Positions 60,812 to 62,314 of a stretch of 62,314 nucleotides of DNA are shown in pieces (the stretch's first letter is position 1; each line of letters begins with the position of its first letter). The position numbers and the translations under genes were made by a program. The notes below the pieces were generated by a model. The model saw nothing but the letters and a program-made list of their open reading frames with translations. It did not search any database and was not told the origin of the DNA. This DNA comes from an uncultured bacterium (GTDB lineage: Bacteria; Verrucomicrobiota; Kiritimatiellia; RFP12; UBA1067): the NCBI GenBank assembly GCA_902775595.1, contig CACYNF010000003.1, positions 1 through 62,314 on the forward strand. Direction: 5' to 3'.

Positions 60812-62176
60812 CTACTTCCCCACGTTCAGGACGCGGAAGCCGATCTTCTTGAGCGCCGCCGCGTCAAGGCAGTTGCGCGTGTCGAAGACGAGCGCGGGCT
60901 TCCGCATCGACTTGAATATCTTCGCCCAGTCGAGGGCGGGATACTCCTTCCAGTCGGTCATGAGAAGAACCGCGTCCGCGTCCTTCGCGGCCTTGTACGG
61001 GTCCTTCTCCCATGCAATGCCGTCAAGCCCCGCGAGGTCGCGCTTCCCGTTCTCGATCGCCTTGGGGTCGGTTATCGCGAGCCGGACATGCTCCTCGTTG
61101 AGAAGCCGGGCGACGTATCCGGCGGGAGTCTCGCGCGTGTCGCCGGTGTCCGCCTTGAACGCAAAGCCGAACATCGCGATCTTCTTGTTCGCGAGCGTGT
61201 TGAACATCGCCTTGAAGAGGCGCGAGACGATGCGCTCCTGCTGGTGGTCGTTCATCTTGATTACGCCCGCCCAGTACTCCGCCGCGGTATGGAGGCCAAA
61301 CGACTCGCAGAGATAGACGAGATTGAGGACGTCCTTCTTGAAGCAGCTTCCGCCGAAACCGGGGCCCGCCTTCAGGAACTTGGGCCCTATGCGCCTGTCC
61401 GCGCCCATCACGCGCGCCACCTCGTCGATGTCCGCGCCAGTCGCCTCGCAAAGCCCCGCGAGCGCATTCACTGAGCTTACGCGCTGCGCGAGCATCGCGT
61501 TCGCCGCGAGCTTGGTGAGCTCGGCGCTCCACACGTTCGTCGTGAGTATCTTGTAGCGTTCGACCCACTTGCCGTCCTTGCCGGCGTAGATGTCGCAGAT
61601 CTCGCGGACGGCCGCCCTGCCCTCGGGCGTCTCCGGCCCGCCGATCAAAACGCGGTCTGGGGAGAGCAGGTCCTTTATCGCCGTTCCCTCGGCGAGGAAC
61701 TCGGGGTTCGAGAGGACGGTGAAGCGGTGTTTCGCGCTGTCGTTGAGAATCGCCTCCATCGCAGCGGCCGTGCGGACCGGCAGCGTAGACTTCTCGACGA
61801 CGATCTTGTCGCCCTCGGCGTAGCCCTTGATCTCTCGCGCGGTCGCCTCCCAGAACTGGAGGTCGCTCGCCCTGCCCGCGCCGCGCCCGAACATCTTCGT
61901 CGGCGTGTTGACTCCGACGAAGATTATGTCGCACATCTTGACGGCAGACTTGATGTCGGTCGTGAAGAAGAGGTTCTTGCCGCGTACCTCCTTCACGACG
62001 TCGACAAGCCCCGGCTCATAGATGGGGAGAGCGTAGTTCTTCGAGTTCCACGCCTCTATGCGCTTAGCGTTGATGTCGCAGACGTAGACCTTGCGGTCGG
62101 GATTCATCTTTGCGATGACGGCCATTGTAGGCCCGCCAATGTACCCAGCGCCGATGCAGACGATATTCTTGTTCAT
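60812..62176 (-). CDS. ugd: UDP-glucose 6-dehydrogenase (long, eukaryote-like type)
   Basis: ORF trimmed to ATG 62176 (MNKNIVCIGAGYIGGPTMAVIA). GGSCFKKDVLNL (catalytic Cys), GFAFKADTGDTRETPA. Confidence 0.92.
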   Translation of the reverse strand: MNKNIVCIGAGYIGGPTMAVIAKMNPDRKVYVCDINAKRIEAWNSKNYALPIYEPGLVDVVKEVRGKNLFFTTDIKSAVKMCDIIFVGVNTPTKMFGRGAGRASDLQFWEATAREIKGYAEGDKIVVEKSTLPVRTAAAMEAILNDSAKHRFTVLSNPEFLAEGTAIKDLLSPDRVLIGGPETPEGRAAVREICDIYAGKDGKWVERYKILTTNVWSAELTKLAANAMLAQRVSSVNALAGLCEATGADIDEVARVMGADRRIGPKFLKAGPGFGGSCFKKDVLNLVYLCESFGLHTAAEYWAGVIKMNDHQQERIVSRLFKAMFNTLANKKIAMFGFAFKADTGDTRETPAGYVARLLNEEHVRLAITDPKAIENGKRDLAGLDGIAWEKDPYKAAKDADAVLLMTDWKEYPALDWAKIFKSMRKPALVFDTRNCLDAAALKKIGFRVLNVGK

Positions 62177-62185
62177 AGGGGTGGT

Positions 62186-62194
62186 ATTATAGCA
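62186..62194 (-). promoter_or_regulatory. Extended -10 promoter of ugd; near-leaderless
   Basis: Sense strand TGCTATAAT-accacccct-ATG: 9 nt to ATG 62176. Confidence 0.45.
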
Positions 62195-62215
62195 AAAAGC
62201 CCTTGGCAAAAGGGC
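62194..62215 (-). terminator. Rho-independent terminator of the rRNA operon
   Basis: Sense strand GCCCTT-ttgcc-AAGGGC followed by TTTTT, about 10 nt after the 5S 3' end. An A-run on the other side makes it potentially bidirectional. Confidence 0.6.
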
Positions 62216-62224
62216 ATAAAAAAA

Positions 62225-62314
62225 GCTGGCGACGTCCTACTCTCGCACGTCCGGGAGACGCACTACCCTCGGCGATGGAGCCCTTGACTTCCGTGTTCGG
62301 AATGGGAACGGGTA
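62225..62314 (-). rRNA. rrf: 5S ribosomal RNA, 3' about 90 nt (gene continues past the right edge)
   Basis: The reverse complement contains ACCCGTTCCCATTCCGAACACGGAAGTCAAGGGCTCCATCGCCGAGGGTAGTGCGTCTCCCGGACGTGCGAGAGTAGGACGTCGCCAGC, which aligns along its length with the bacterial 5S consensus (CCGAACxxxGAAGTxAAG ... GAGAGTAGG). Confidence 0.93.

Overview
GC-rich bacterial chromosomal window. It is densely coded and transcribed almost entirely on the minus strand; only two genes lie on the + strand (9364..11619 and 30696..31343). I saw no transposase, integrase, CRISPR array or tRNA. The right edge carries the 3' part of a 5S rRNA gene on the minus strand.

Gene content, left to right:
1. 1..22253 is a secreted glycan/glycoprotein-foraging locus. 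It holds a partial GH16, a 1372-aa DUF2341/LamG protein, an M14 peptidase, a beta-helix protein, an esterase-glycosidase fusion, a beta-barrel porin, an M60-like HEXXH peptidase, an InlB-B-repeat protein, an SGNH esterase and a discoidin/Fn3-like protein. serS is embedded in it.
2. 22254..23535 is about 1.25 kb without a convincing gene. It contains a deletion remnant of the SGNH gene, two AT-rich 152-bp tandem repeats that each carry a strong promoter, and about 700 bp of GC-rich, hairpin-rich sequence.
3. Housekeeping and sugar-nucleotide genes follow: AICARFT-only purH, pfk, uxs, purE, an ACP plus NeuD-like acyltransferase pair, rmuC, an rluA-family gene and a nucleoside hydrolase.
4. An AmmeMemoRadiSam pair with fused Memo-AMMECR1.
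5. A translationally coupled exbB-exbD-TPR-(TonB-like anchor + vWA)-GT2 cluster.
6. A visibly AT-richer block holding a 2443-aa BspA-type LRR / Listeria-Bacteroides-repeat adhesin and a Schlafen/AlbA_2 ATPase-like regulator. The block is bracketed by two about 86-nt hairpin elements in inverted orientation.
7. A polyferredoxin, an Fe-S aldo/keto reductase, glgP, an AsmA-like/LolA-like/TPR trio, pyrK-pyrD, a degenerate UDG-like gene, galE and ugd.

Recurrent sequence-level themes:
- An extended -10 promoter (TGGTATAAT on the sense strand) sits in front of most transcription units, sometimes only 6-9 nt from the ATG, which implies leaderless mRNAs.
- ATGA/GTGA start-stop overlaps are common.
- A TATAC-N4-GTATA palindrome lies at three promoters of the glycan locus.
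- Long hairpins built from tandem 8-9-mers occur in intergenic regions.

Taxonomy cannot be proven from the window. The gene content resembles the PVC group (Lentisphaerota, Kiritimatiellota or Verrucomicrobiota), but this is inference only. All calls come from reading the sequence and ORF translations; no database was searched.
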